Part shown: one piece after another, positions 10,357 to 19,109 of the stretch | Numbering within the stretch: the first letter of the stretch is position 1 | Layout: every line of letters begins with the position of its first letter | NCBI GenBank assembly: GCA_963796455.1 | Contig: CAWCLO010000010.1 | Location: forward strand, 288,001 to 352,000 | From: Candidatus Sulfomarinibacteraceae bacterium | Lineage (GTDB): Bacteria > Acidobacteriota > Thermoanaerobaculia > Thermoanaerobaculales > Sulfomarinibacteraceae | Length of the DNA stretch: 64,000 nt | Direction: 5' to 3' | Made by a program: the position numbers and the translations under genes | Notes under the pieces: generated by a model | Databases searched by the model: none | Told to the model about the DNA's origin: nothing | Seen by the model: only the letters and a program-made list of their open reading frames with translations

Positions 10357-10453
10357 CCGCAGATGACGCAGATATGCGCAGATGATGAACCGGCGATTGA
10401 ACGGTCTTGCCGAAATCAATGTTGGTATCTGCGTTTATCTGCGTGATCTGCGG
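10357..10453. repeat. Inverted pair of 9-10 nt period repeats (CGCAGAT)x3 ... (ATCTGCG)x3
   Basis: ccgcagatgacgcagatatgcgcagat at 10357-10383 and atctgcgtttatctgcgtgatctgcgg at 10427-10453. Confidence 0.9.
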
Positions 10454-10545
10454 TTTCTCCGTCCGGGAACTCGATCATGCTGCCGGGCGGCGCCGAGGGG
10501 CTCGATCTACGAAGTCATGCGACGATCAGATACACTGCTCCCACC

Positions 10546-11547
10546 ATGACCGACACCGCTCAACTGCTTGCCCTGATCGACCGATTCGCCAACTCAAAAG
10601 TCGCGCTCTACGGCGATCTGGTGCTCGATCGCTTCATCCTCGGCACGCCCAAGCGGATCTCCCGGGAGGCCCCGGTGATCATCCTGCGTCACGAGGAACA
10701 ACAAGACATACCCGGCGGTGGAGCCAATGCGCTCGCCAACCTTGCAGCCCTCGGAGTCCAGGTCTCGGTGGCCGCCGCGATCGGCAACGATGAACCGGGC
10801 CGCGCGCTGACCGAGGCCCTGGTTGCCCGCGGCGTCGATACCAGCCGGGTCGTGAAGGTGGACGGCTATCGCACACCCACCAAGGTGCGAATCCTCGGTG
10901 GCGGCCCCACTTCTCTCAAACACCAGGTCGCCCGATACGACATCGAAGACGTGCTTCCCAAGGACGGGGATTGGCTCGGGCCGCTGCATCAGCACCTCGA
11001 GGAGCTGGTGCAAACGTCGGGCGCCATCGCGATCTCCGACTACGGGTATGGCTGTGTGATTCCAGAGGCGCTGCAGAAGATATCCGACTCGAAACCGTGG
11101 CTCTGTCTCGACTCAAGATACCGGATCGGTCGCTTTGTCGGCGTCGACGGCGCGACCCCCAATCTCGAAGAGCTCGAAGCACATTGCGGGCGGCGGCTTT
11201 TATTCGATGCCGCGGTCGCCACGGCAGCCGACGAACTTCGTTGCGAACTCGGTGCCCGTTTTGTATTGGCCACCCGAGGCAACCACGGCATGACCCTGGT
11301 GGAGGCCGATCACGAGCCCCGCCACATCCCGGTCTTCGGAACCGATCAGGTCGCCGACGTGACCGGTGCCGGCGATACCGTCCTGGCGGTTCTGACCGCC
11401 GCGTTGGCTTCCGGCGCGGATCCATTTCACGCCGCCACGCTCGCAAATATCGCGGCCGGACTGGTGGTCATGAAGCTCGGCACGGCAACAATATCCGCAG
11501 CTGAACTTCGTGCCGCGGTTGTCGAATCGGAGGTTTCACGTGACTGA
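10546..11547 (+). CDS. rfaE1: D-glycero-D-manno-heptose-7-phosphate kinase (RfaE domain I / HldA, PfkB family)
   Basis: GDLVLDRFILG...RISREAPV, PGGGANALAN, VADVTGAGDTV, VVMKLGTA. Confidence 0.92.
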   Translation: MTDTAQLLALIDRFANSKVALYGDLVLDRFILGTPKRISREAPVIILRHEEQQDIPGGGANALANLAALGVQVSVAAAIGNDEPGRALTEALVARGVDTSRVVKVDGYRTPTKVRILGGGPTSLKHQVARYDIEDVLPKDGDWLGPLHQHLEELVQTSGAIAISDYGYGCVIPEALQKISDSKPWLCLDSRYRIGRFVGVDGATPNLEELEAHCGRRLLFDAAVATAADELRCELGARFVLATRGNHGMTLVEADHEPRHIPVFGTDQVADVTGAGDTVLAVLTAALASGADPFHAATLANIAAGLVVMKLGTATISAAELRAAVVESEVSRD

Positions 11548-12038
11548 TCCGCAGAGCAAGATCCGCGACATCGACGAAATTGCGGCAGAATGTCGCCGCT
11601 GGCGAAGCGAGGGCCTGACGGTTGTCCTGGTCAATGGCGCATTCGACGTGCTCCACGTCGGACACATTCGTTATCTCGCAGCGGCCCGGGCACTGGGTGA
11701 CCGTTTGGTTGCCGCGGTCAATACCGATCTGTCGGTTCGGACCAGCAAGGGGGATCTGCGTCCGATCATCCCCGAAGCCGAACGGGTCGAAATTCTCTCG
11801 CACCTGTGGATGATCGACCGGATCTGTCTTTTTGACAGTCGGACCGTGGCGCCGGTTCTCGAAACGTTGCAACCGGAGATCCACGCCAAAGGCACTGACT
11901 ACACGGTTGAAACCGTTCCGGAACGAGCGGTGGTCGAGGCCTATGGAGGTCGAACTGCGATCTGCGGCGATCCGAAAGGACCACGCCACAACCGATCTCA
12001 TCGGCATCATTCTCGAGCGCTTTGGAGACCAACGGTGA
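11540..12038 (+). CDS. rfaE2: D-glycero-D-manno-heptose-1-phosphate adenylyltransferase (RfaE domain II / HldC); apparent 1-nt frameshift near 11975, as-read ORF runs to 12196
   Basis: NGAFDVLHVGHIRYL, NTDLSVR..KG..RP, HAKGTDY; the expected C-terminus KDHATTDLIGIILERF lies in another frame ending at TGA 12038. Confidence 0.85.
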
Positions 12039-12069
12039 CCTCCCACCACGACGCGAAGAGCCGTTTCAG

Positions 12070-12176
12070 TTCGGAGTTCGGAGTTCGGAGTTCTGAATGT
12101 CGTTCAATCTCCAAGCTCTACAAAAAATCGAGAAGTTGGATTGAAATTCGGAATTCCGAATTCCGAATTCCGAATT
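12070..12176. repeat. Inverted pair of heptamer tandem repeats (TTCGGAG)x3 ... (TTCCGAA)x3
   Basis: ttcggag x3 + ttctgaa at 12070-12097; ttccgaa x3 at 12154-12174; inner ttcaatc...gattgaa inverted repeat. Confidence 0.9.
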
Positions 12177-12192
12177 TGGGAAGTGGCCGGCG

Positions 12193-13209
12193 GTGAGAAT
12201 CGTCCTGGTTCGCCTCTCCGCCCTCGGCGATATCGTGCACACCTGGCCGTTGGCCGAAGCTCTCCGAGCCGCCGATCCATCCATTCATCTCACATGGGTC
12301 ATTGAAAGGGTTCTTCGGCCTCTCGTCGAAGGGCACCCGGCGATCGACTCGGTGATCCCGACCGAAACGGCTCGCTGGAGGAAACACCCCTTCGATGCCA
12401 CAACTCGCGCTGAGATCGCAGGCCTCAAAACCCGGTTTCACGAATTGCAACCGGATCTGACCATCGACCCCCAGGGCACCTTCAAATCGGCAATCGTGAC
12501 CCGTTGGACGGGCGCCGGGCAGAGGGTCGGTCTGTCCCGGCCCTGGCGGCGAGAGTTGATTGCGGGACTCGCCTATTCAAAAACCATCGCCGGCGCACCG
12601 GCGGGGGCCCATGTGGTCGACACCAACCTGGCCATGACTCGGGCAATCGGCGCGTTGCCTCCCGTCGGCCGGCTTCCTGATGGGTCGTGGCTCGCCGCAC
12701 GTCTGGCTGACCGCGAAATTACCGGCGGCTGGAAAAAGCCCTATGCGGTGGTCCTACCGGGAGTCGGCGGAGGCCACAAGAAAATCCCCACTCAAACTCT
12801 CGCGGAAGTCAGCGACGGCGTGGCGGATCACGGGCTCGAGGTCGTGGCGCTCTGGGGGCCCGGCGAACGGAATCGCGCCGCCGAGGTCATCGCCGCCGCC
12901 GGATCGCGGGTCCGCCTCGCGCCCGCCACCGATATCGAAGAAATGGCGGCCATCTTGAGTACAGCATCTCTTGTCATCGGCGGCGACACCGGTCCGGTTC
13001 ACCTCGCGGCCAGTTTCGGGATCCCCACCGTTGGGGTGTTCCTCGCCAGCGATTGGCACCGAAACGGTCCGCTTGGAGCCAGAGCAATTGCCGTATCAGG
13101 TGCGGAGGAGGCCCAGAGACGGCCCTCGGGCACCGCGCGTGTTCGGCCGAAGAGGGCCGTCGCGGCGCGGGAGATTCTGGATGCGGCCCGGTCAATCCTC
13201 GTTGTTTGA
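12193..13209 (+). CDS. waaC: LPS heptosyltransferase (GT9, WaaC-like)
   Basis: RIVLVRLSALGDIVHT, IDPQGTFKSA, GGDTGPVHLAA; adjacent to rfaE genes. Confidence 0.85.
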   Translation: MRIVLVRLSALGDIVHTWPLAEALRAADPSIHLTWVIERVLRPLVEGHPAIDSVIPTETARWRKHPFDATTRAEIAGLKTRFHELQPDLTIDPQGTFKSAIVTRWTGAGQRVGLSRPWRRELIAGLAYSKTIAGAPAGAHVVDTNLAMTRAIGALPPVGRLPDGSWLAARLADREITGGWKKPYAVVLPGVGGGHKKIPTQTLAEVSDGVADHGLEVVALWGPGERNRAAEVIAAAGSRVRLAPATDIEEMAAILSTASLVIGGDTGPVHLAASFGIPTVGVFLASDWHRNGPLGARAIAVSGAEEAQRRPSGTARVRPKRAVAAREILDAARSILVV

Positions 13210-13368
13210 TTTTTTTTCGCGAAATTTGTGACCAATGGTCCATCAAAAACGTCCCTCTTTGTTAACATAGATAGGGTCTGTATTTGCATCGAAACCACCG
13301 ACGTAAATCTCCACGCGAGTCGGATGCTACAATTTTATTGAATATGTCTGTCGAAATGGACTGAATGC

Positions 13369-15084
13369 ATGGCTCTGAAAATCGGCGAACTCCTCATCAA
13401 AGCGAAACTGATCAACGAACACCAATTGGCAAAGGCACTTGAAGAGCAACGAGCCAATGGCGGACGTATCGGTGAGCACCTGGTGTCCCTGGAGTACGTC
13501 ACCGAAGAAGACATCCTCGATTGTCTTTCGCAGCAATATGGCGTGCCCTCTATCAATCTCAGACATTTCGATATCGATGAAGGCATCATTCGACTGATCC
13601 CGGCAGACGTTGCACGCAAGTACCAGTTCATACCGGTGTCCAAGACTGGCGCCACCTTGACCGTCGCCATGACCGATCCATCCAACGTCTTTGCGATGGA
13701 TGACATCACCTTTATCACCGGGTACCGTGTCGAACCGGTCGTCGCTTCCGAAGAGGCGCTACGCGAAGCGATCGACAACTATTACGGGACCACCCACTCC
13801 ATCGAGCTCAAAAAGGTGATGGAGGATCTGTCCACCGTCGAAGAGGCGGCCCTGGAAGTCCTGGACGACGAAGAAGAACTCGACATCCAGGACCTGGCGG
13901 AAAGCGCCGACGAAGCGCCGGTCGTTCGCCTGGTAAATCTGATCCTGACCGATGCGCTCAAGCGCTCCGCATCCGACATTCACATCGAGCCCTATGAAAA
14001 GTCCTACCGCGTCCGCTTCCGGATCGACGGGGTGCTCTACGAGATCATGAACCCGCCGATCAAATTCAAAGACGCGATCTGTTCCCGCATCAAAATCCTC
14101 GCCAAGCTCGACATCGCTGAGAAACGGCTGCCGCAGGATGGACGCATCAAACTCAAAATGAAATACCAGGGCAAGGTCAAGGAACTCGATTTCCGAGTTT
14201 CGACCCTGCCCACCCTGCATGGCGAAAAGATCGTCATGCGGCTGCTCGACAAAGATTCTCTGATGCTCGACATGACCAAGCTCGGCTTCGAAAAATCGAG
14301 TTTGAAGCATTTCGAGGAAGCGATCTTCCAGCCCTACGGCATGGTGCTGGTGACCGGACCTACCGGTTCGGGCAAGACCAATACTCTGTATTCGGCGATC
14401 TCGCGGATCAACACGCCAGAAGTCAACATCATGACGGCGGAGGACCCGGTCGAGTTCCAGATGGTGGGCGTCAACCAGGTGCAGATGAAGGAGTCCATCG
14501 GACTCAACTTCGCGGCTGCGCTGCGCTCCTTTTTGCGCCAGGACCCGAATATCGTGCTGGTCGGAGAGATCCGAGACTTCGAGACTGCCGAGATCGCAAT
14601 CAAGGCGGCACTTACCGGCCACCTGGTCCTTTCAACGCTCCACACCAACGACGCGCCCTCATCGATCAACCGCCTCATGAACATGGGCATCGAGCCTTTC
14701 CTCGTCGCGACCTCGGTCAATCTCGTTGTCGCCCAGCGGCTGGTCCGGAAGATCTGTGAGAAGTGCCGGCAGCCGGAAGAGGTGCCGATCCAGGCGCTCC
14801 TCAACGTCGGATTCTCCGAGGCCGAGGCGCCAAATATCGAGCTCTTTCGCGGTCGCGGCTGCGACGAATGCAACCAGCGCGGTTATCGGGGCCGGATCGG
14901 TATCTACGAGGTTATGGTCGTCTCGGAAGACATTCGTGAACTCATTCTCTCCGGAGCGTCGGCGGTTGAACTGCGCCGCAAGTCGATGGAGGAGGGTATG
15001 ATCGGATTGAGGCAATCGGGACTGCAGAAGATCCGCGACGGCATAACCACCATCGATGAAGTGGTTCGCGAATCGATCCTGTAA
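13369..15084 (+). CDS. pilB: Type IV pilus assembly ATPase PilB with N-terminal MshEN-like domain
   Basis: ASDIHIEP, LDIAEKRLPQDGR, Walker A GPTGSGKT, LRQDPNIVLVGEIRD, CxxC...GCxxC zinc site. Confidence 0.96.
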   Translation: MALKIGELLIKAKLINEHQLAKALEEQRANGGRIGEHLVSLEYVTEEDILDCLSQQYGVPSINLRHFDIDEGIIRLIPADVARKYQFIPVSKTGATLTVAMTDPSNVFAMDDITFITGYRVEPVVASEEALREAIDNYYGTTHSIELKKVMEDLSTVEEAALEVLDDEEELDIQDLAESADEAPVVRLVNLILTDALKRSASDIHIEPYEKSYRVRFRIDGVLYEIMNPPIKFKDAICSRIKILAKLDIAEKRLPQDGRIKLKMKYQGKVKELDFRVSTLPTLHGEKIVMRLLDKDSLMLDMTKLGFEKSSLKHFEEAIFQPYGMVLVTGPTGSGKTNTLYSAISRINTPEVNIMTAEDPVEFQMVGVNQVQMKESIGLNFAAALRSFLRQDPNIVLVGEIRDFETAEIAIKAALTGHLVLSTLHTNDAPSSINRLMNMGIEPFLVATSVNLVVAQRLVRKICEKCRQPEEVPIQALLNVGFSEAEAPNIELFRGRGCDECNQRGYRGRIGIYEVMVVSEDIRELILSGASAVELRRKSMEEGMIGLRQSGLQKIRDGITTIDEVVRESIL

Positions 15085-15101
15085 GGCGGAGAGGAAGGCC
15101 A

Positions 15102-16220
15102 ATGACAGTCAGCCTGCACCAGCTTCTCAAGACCATGGTGGAGAAGGGCGGCACCGACCTCCACGTCACCACCAACTCGCCGCCCCTGATCCGGGTTGAC
15201 GGCACTCTGGTCACCCTGTCGCATCCACCGATGACGGCGGTGGACACCAAGAAGCTCGCTTATTCGGTCCTGACCGACGCGCAGAAACACCGCTTCGAGG
15301 AGACCCTCGAGCTCGATATCTCTTTCGGCGTCAAGGGGCTGGCCCGTTTCAGGGCCAATATCTATATGCAACGAGGCGCGGTCGCCGGCGCTTTCCGGCG
15401 AATTCCCTACGAGATCCTCGGTTTCCGGGAGCTCGGTCTGCCTCAGTCCGTGGAGGCTCTGTGCAACAAACCCCGCGGATTGGTGTTGGTCACCGGTCCC
15501 ACGGGTTCCGGAAAATCCACCACCCTGGCAGCGATGATCGACAAGATCAACCGTGAAAACGCGCTCCATATCCTGACAATCGAGGATCCCGTCGAGTACC
15601 TCCACTCGCACAAGAAATGTATGGTCAACCAGCGCGAGCTGCACGCGGACACGCACAGCTTCCCCGCCGCACTGCGATCGGTCCTCCGTGAAGATCCCGA
15701 CGTGGTGCTGATCGGAGAGATGCGTGACCTCGAGACAATCGAGTCGGCGCTGCGGATCGCCGAAACCGGCCACCTTACTTTCGCCACCCTGCACACAAAC
15801 TCCGCACCCCAGACGATCAACCGCATCGTCGACGTCTTTCCCGAACATCAGCAGTCACAGATCCGTGCCCAGCTCAGCTTCGTGCTCGAGGGCATCATCT
15901 GTCAGTCACTACTGCGACGCGCCTCCGGCAAGGGGCGCGCTTTGTGTTGCGAAGTTCTGATTCCGAGTTCGGCGATCCGTAACCTGATTCGCGAGGACAA
16001 GATCCACCAGGTCTACTCGATGATGCAGGCGGGTCAGACAAAACACGGTATGCAGACCTTCAACCAGGGTCTGGCAACGCTATACCACCGACGCTTGATC
16101 TCGCTGCAGACGGCGCTTGCCTACAGTTCGTACCCGGATGAGCTGCAGGACATGATCAACAGGGGCGTGGGCGTAGCAAACACCCAGAACCCTGACGCGC
16201 AGCGAGCAAGGAGGAGCTGA
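15102..16220 (+). CDS. pilT: Type IV pilus retraction ATPase PilT
   Basis: GPTGSGKSTT, TIEDPVEY, LREDPDVVLIGEMRD, AIRNLIRE, GMQTFNQ. Confidence 0.97.
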   Translation: MTVSLHQLLKTMVEKGGTDLHVTTNSPPLIRVDGTLVTLSHPPMTAVDTKKLAYSVLTDAQKHRFEETLELDISFGVKGLARFRANIYMQRGAVAGAFRRIPYEILGFRELGLPQSVEALCNKPRGLVLVTGPTGSGKSTTLAAMIDKINRENALHILTIEDPVEYLHSHKKCMVNQRELHADTHSFPAALRSVLREDPDVVLIGEMRDLETIESALRIAETGHLTFATLHTNSAPQTINRIVDVFPEHQQSQIRAQLSFVLEGIICQSLLRRASGKGRALCCEVLIPSSAIRNLIREDKIHQVYSMMQAGQTKHGMQTFNQGLATLYHRRLISLQTALAYSSYPDELQDMINRGVGVANTQNPDAQRARRS

Positions 16221-16221
16221 G

Positions 16222-17424
16222 ATGCCCAGTTACGAATGGAAGGGCCGCGACCGAAACGGCATGGCGCAGACCGGCGTGCTCATCGGCGACAGCAAAGACG
16301 CTGTCATCGCCGCTCTTCGTCGTCAGCAAATCGTTGTCACGACAGTCAAAGAAAAGGGCAAAGAGATCGCTTTGCCCAAATTCGGCAGTGGAATCAAGTC
16401 CAAGGACATCGCGGTCTTCACGCGCCAGTTCTCGGTGATGATCGACGCCGGCCTGCCATTGGTGCAGTGTCTCGACATCCTTGGGCAACAGCAGGACAAC
16501 AAGGCTTTTCAGAAGATCATCCTCCAGGTTCGACAGGATGTCGAAGGCGGCTCGGCGCTCGCCGAAGCGATGCGCAAACACCCCCAGGCCTTCGACGATC
16601 TCTACGTCAACATGGTGGCGGCCGGTGAGGCCGGCGGTATCCTCGACACCATTCTGCAGCGCCTTGCCACCTACATCGAAAAGTCGGTCAAGCTCAAGAG
16701 CCAGGTCCGGTCGGCAATGGTGTATCCGGTTTCGGTCGTCACGATCGCAGTGGTCGTCGTCTACATCATTTTGTGGAAGGTCATTCCGGTATTCGCCTCC
16801 CTCTTCGAAGGTCTTGGCGGCAGGCTGCCCTTCCTGACCCAGGTGATCGTCAATATTTCCAGTTTCATCGGCAACTTCTGGTGGCTGATATTCATGGTCG
16901 TCTTCGGCGCCATTTTTGCTTTGCGACAGTACTACGCCACCGATGCGGGGCGATACCAGATCGACAAGATCATGCTCAAGATGCCGGCCATCGGCATTTT
17001 GTTGCGGAAGATCGCGGTGGCGCGATTCTGCCGTACCCTCGGAACCCTGCTTTCTTCGGGTGTGGCGATTCTCGAGTCCTTGGAAATCACGGCACGCACT
17101 GCCGGTAACGCGGTCATCGAAGAAGCTCTTCTGAAAGTCCGCAAAGAGGTGGAAGAGGGCAAAACGATCGCCGAACCATTGACTCGCTCCGAACAATTTC
17201 CGCCAATGGTCTGCCAGATGATCGGAGTCGGCGAACAGACCGGAGCCATGGACACCATGCTCTCCAAGATCGCGGATTTCTATGAGGACGAAGTGGATGC
17301 CGCGGTCGATGGCATGATGGCCTTGATCGAACCGGTCATCATTGCCTTCCTCGGTGTTGTGATCGGCACCATCGTGGTCGCCATGTACCTGCCGATGTTC
17401 GCATTGATCAGCCAGATCGGATGA
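16222..17424 (+). CDS. pilC: Type IV pilus inner-membrane platform protein PilC
   Basis: FTRQFSVMIDAGLPL, AGEAGGILD, GEQTGAMDTML, AMYLPMF. Confidence 0.96.
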   Translation: MPSYEWKGRDRNGMAQTGVLIGDSKDAVIAALRRQQIVVTTVKEKGKEIALPKFGSGIKSKDIAVFTRQFSVMIDAGLPLVQCLDILGQQQDNKAFQKIILQVRQDVEGGSALAEAMRKHPQAFDDLYVNMVAAGEAGGILDTILQRLATYIEKSVKLKSQVRSAMVYPVSVVTIAVVVVYIILWKVIPVFASLFEGLGGRLPFLTQVIVNISSFIGNFWWLIFMVVFGAIFALRQYYATDAGRYQIDKIMLKMPAIGILLRKIAVARFCRTLGTLLSSGVAILESLEITARTAGNAVIEEALLKVRKEVEEGKTIAEPLTRSEQFPPMVCQMIGVGEQTGAMDTMLSKIADFYEDEVDAAVDGMMALIEPVIIAFLGVVIGTIVVAMYLPMFALISQIG

Positions 17425-19109
17425 TGGAAAAGCGGTCGACAACGACCGCATTGACGGCGGCCGAGATGGCGGTTCCAGCGGCGCCCCATCCATCGCAGAA
17501 GAGTCTGCGCTGGCTCATCGGTTTGCGCCTGGTGGTCATCTCGACCCTGTTTCTGGGCATCGTGCTGATTCAGATCAACAGCCAGAGAATCCTCCCTCTG
17601 CGGAACTTCTACGGTCTAATCCTCTTCACTTTCGGTCTGTCGCTCTTTTATCTCGTTCTCTACGTGCGCCAGACCTCACCGCGAATTCAGTCCTGGGTGC
17701 AACTGTTGGGCGATATCGCGGTGGTGACCGGTTTCGTCTATTTCACCGGCGGTCTGTACTCGCCATTTTCCTTTCTGTATCTGACCGTCATCGCTGTCGC
17801 CGCCATGCTGATGCGGGGCGGTGGTTTGATATTTGCCGGGCTCTCCGCCGTCGTCTACGGCCTGCTCGTCGATCTGATGGTCTTCGAGGTGCTGCCGGTT
17901 CCTGAAAACCTCACCGGGATACAGGTCGCCATGCCGACCTCGCGCATCCTGATCCAACTGTTGACCAATGTGGTCGGTTTTCTGCTCGTTGCGGTGTTGG
18001 TCTCCTATCTCGGCGAATCACTTCGCAGTGCTCACAGCCAGCTCAGGGAAGAGACCCAACGGACCCGCCAATTCGTGGCGCTCACCGATCACGTGGTCCG
18101 TTCAGTGGGTGCCGGCATCGTCGCTCTCGATCTCAACGGAAGGGTCCTGCACCTCAACCCGGCCGGCGCTCGAATGCTGGGTATGCCCGATAACGAAGCC
18201 GCCACCGGGGCCAACCTCGACGAGGTCATCCCCCTTGAAGACCAGAACTGGGGGCTTTTGAAAACCCGTGCCCGTGACCGCAAGGTGGTCCGACTCGAGG
18301 GGACGATCGCCACATCGGGGGCCCGACTCGGACTGACCATCGGCCCTTTGACCGATGAGAGCGAAAAGGTCGTCGGCTTCATCGTCACATTTCAAGATCT
18401 TTCGGAAATCAGGGTGGAGGCTGAACGGCAGAGACTTCAGGAGCGGATGGCGGCGGTTGGTGAAATGGCAGCGCGGATGGCGCACGAGATCAAGAATCCG
18501 CTGGCTTCGATTTCGGGTTCGGCTCAGGTCCTCGAGTCTGCCGGAACGCTCGACGACAAAGGCCAACGCCTGCTCCGAATTCTGGTGGACGAATCGCGAC
18601 GCCTGTCCGGAATTCTCGATGGTTTTCTCGAATACGCTCGACCCCACCAGGCCGCATTCGGTCCGTGTGACGTCGGCGGCATGCTCCGCGACTGCGTCGA
18701 TCTGCTGCGGAGATCGGAAGAACATCGTGAGACCCATCAGGTGGTTCTCGCGGCACCCGACAAACTCGTGCTTCGCGGCGAAGAACATCTCTTGCGCCAG
18801 ATCTTCTGGAACCTCTCCCGCAATGCCCTCCAGGCGATGCCCGACGGAGGCGAACTCACGGTCTCCGCGGAGCGCCGCGACGGACACATCGTGATGCGAT
18901 GGCGCGACGCAGGGATCGGAATGACCGAGGACGTTCGTCGCCAGGCCTTCGAGCCCTTCGTGACGACCCGCCCGGGCGGCACGGGTCTCGGTCTCGCGGT
19001 GGTGTACGCTGCGGTTGCAGAACACGGCGGCACCATTGCAATCGACAGTGCGCCGGGTCGCGGAACCGTCGTCACCGTCGAGTTGCCAGTGCATCGGGAG
19101 GCCGCATGA
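17421..19109 (+). CDS. pilS: PilS-like sensor histidine kinase (TM region, PAS, HisKA, HATPase)
   Basis: TGGLYSPFSFLY membrane motif, AHEIKNPL H-box, N box, DAGIGM and GTGLGL boxes; follows pilC. Confidence 0.88.
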   Translation: MMEKRSTTTALTAAEMAVPAAPHPSQKSLRWLIGLRLVVISTLFLGIVLIQINSQRILPLRNFYGLILFTFGLSLFYLVLYVRQTSPRIQSWVQLLGDIAVVTGFVYFTGGLYSPFSFLYLTVIAVAAMLMRGGGLIFAGLSAVVYGLLVDLMVFEVLPVPENLTGIQVAMPTSRILIQLLTNVVGFLLVAVLVSYLGESLRSAHSQLREETQRTRQFVALTDHVVRSVGAGIVALDLNGRVLHLNPAGARMLGMPDNEAATGANLDEVIPLEDQNWGLLKTRARDRKVVRLEGTIATSGARLGLTIGPLTDESEKVVGFIVTFQDLSEIRVEAERQRLQERMAAVGEMAARMAHEIKNPLASISGSAQVLESAGTLDDKGQRLLRILVDESRRLSGILDGFLEYARPHQAAFGPCDVGGMLRDCVDLLRRSEEHRETHQVVLAAPDKLVLRGEEHLLRQIFWNLSRNALQAMPDGGELTVSAERRDGHIVMRWRDAGIGMTEDVRRQAFEPFVTTRPGGTGLGLAVVYAAVAEHGGTIAIDSAPGRGTVVTVELPVHREAA

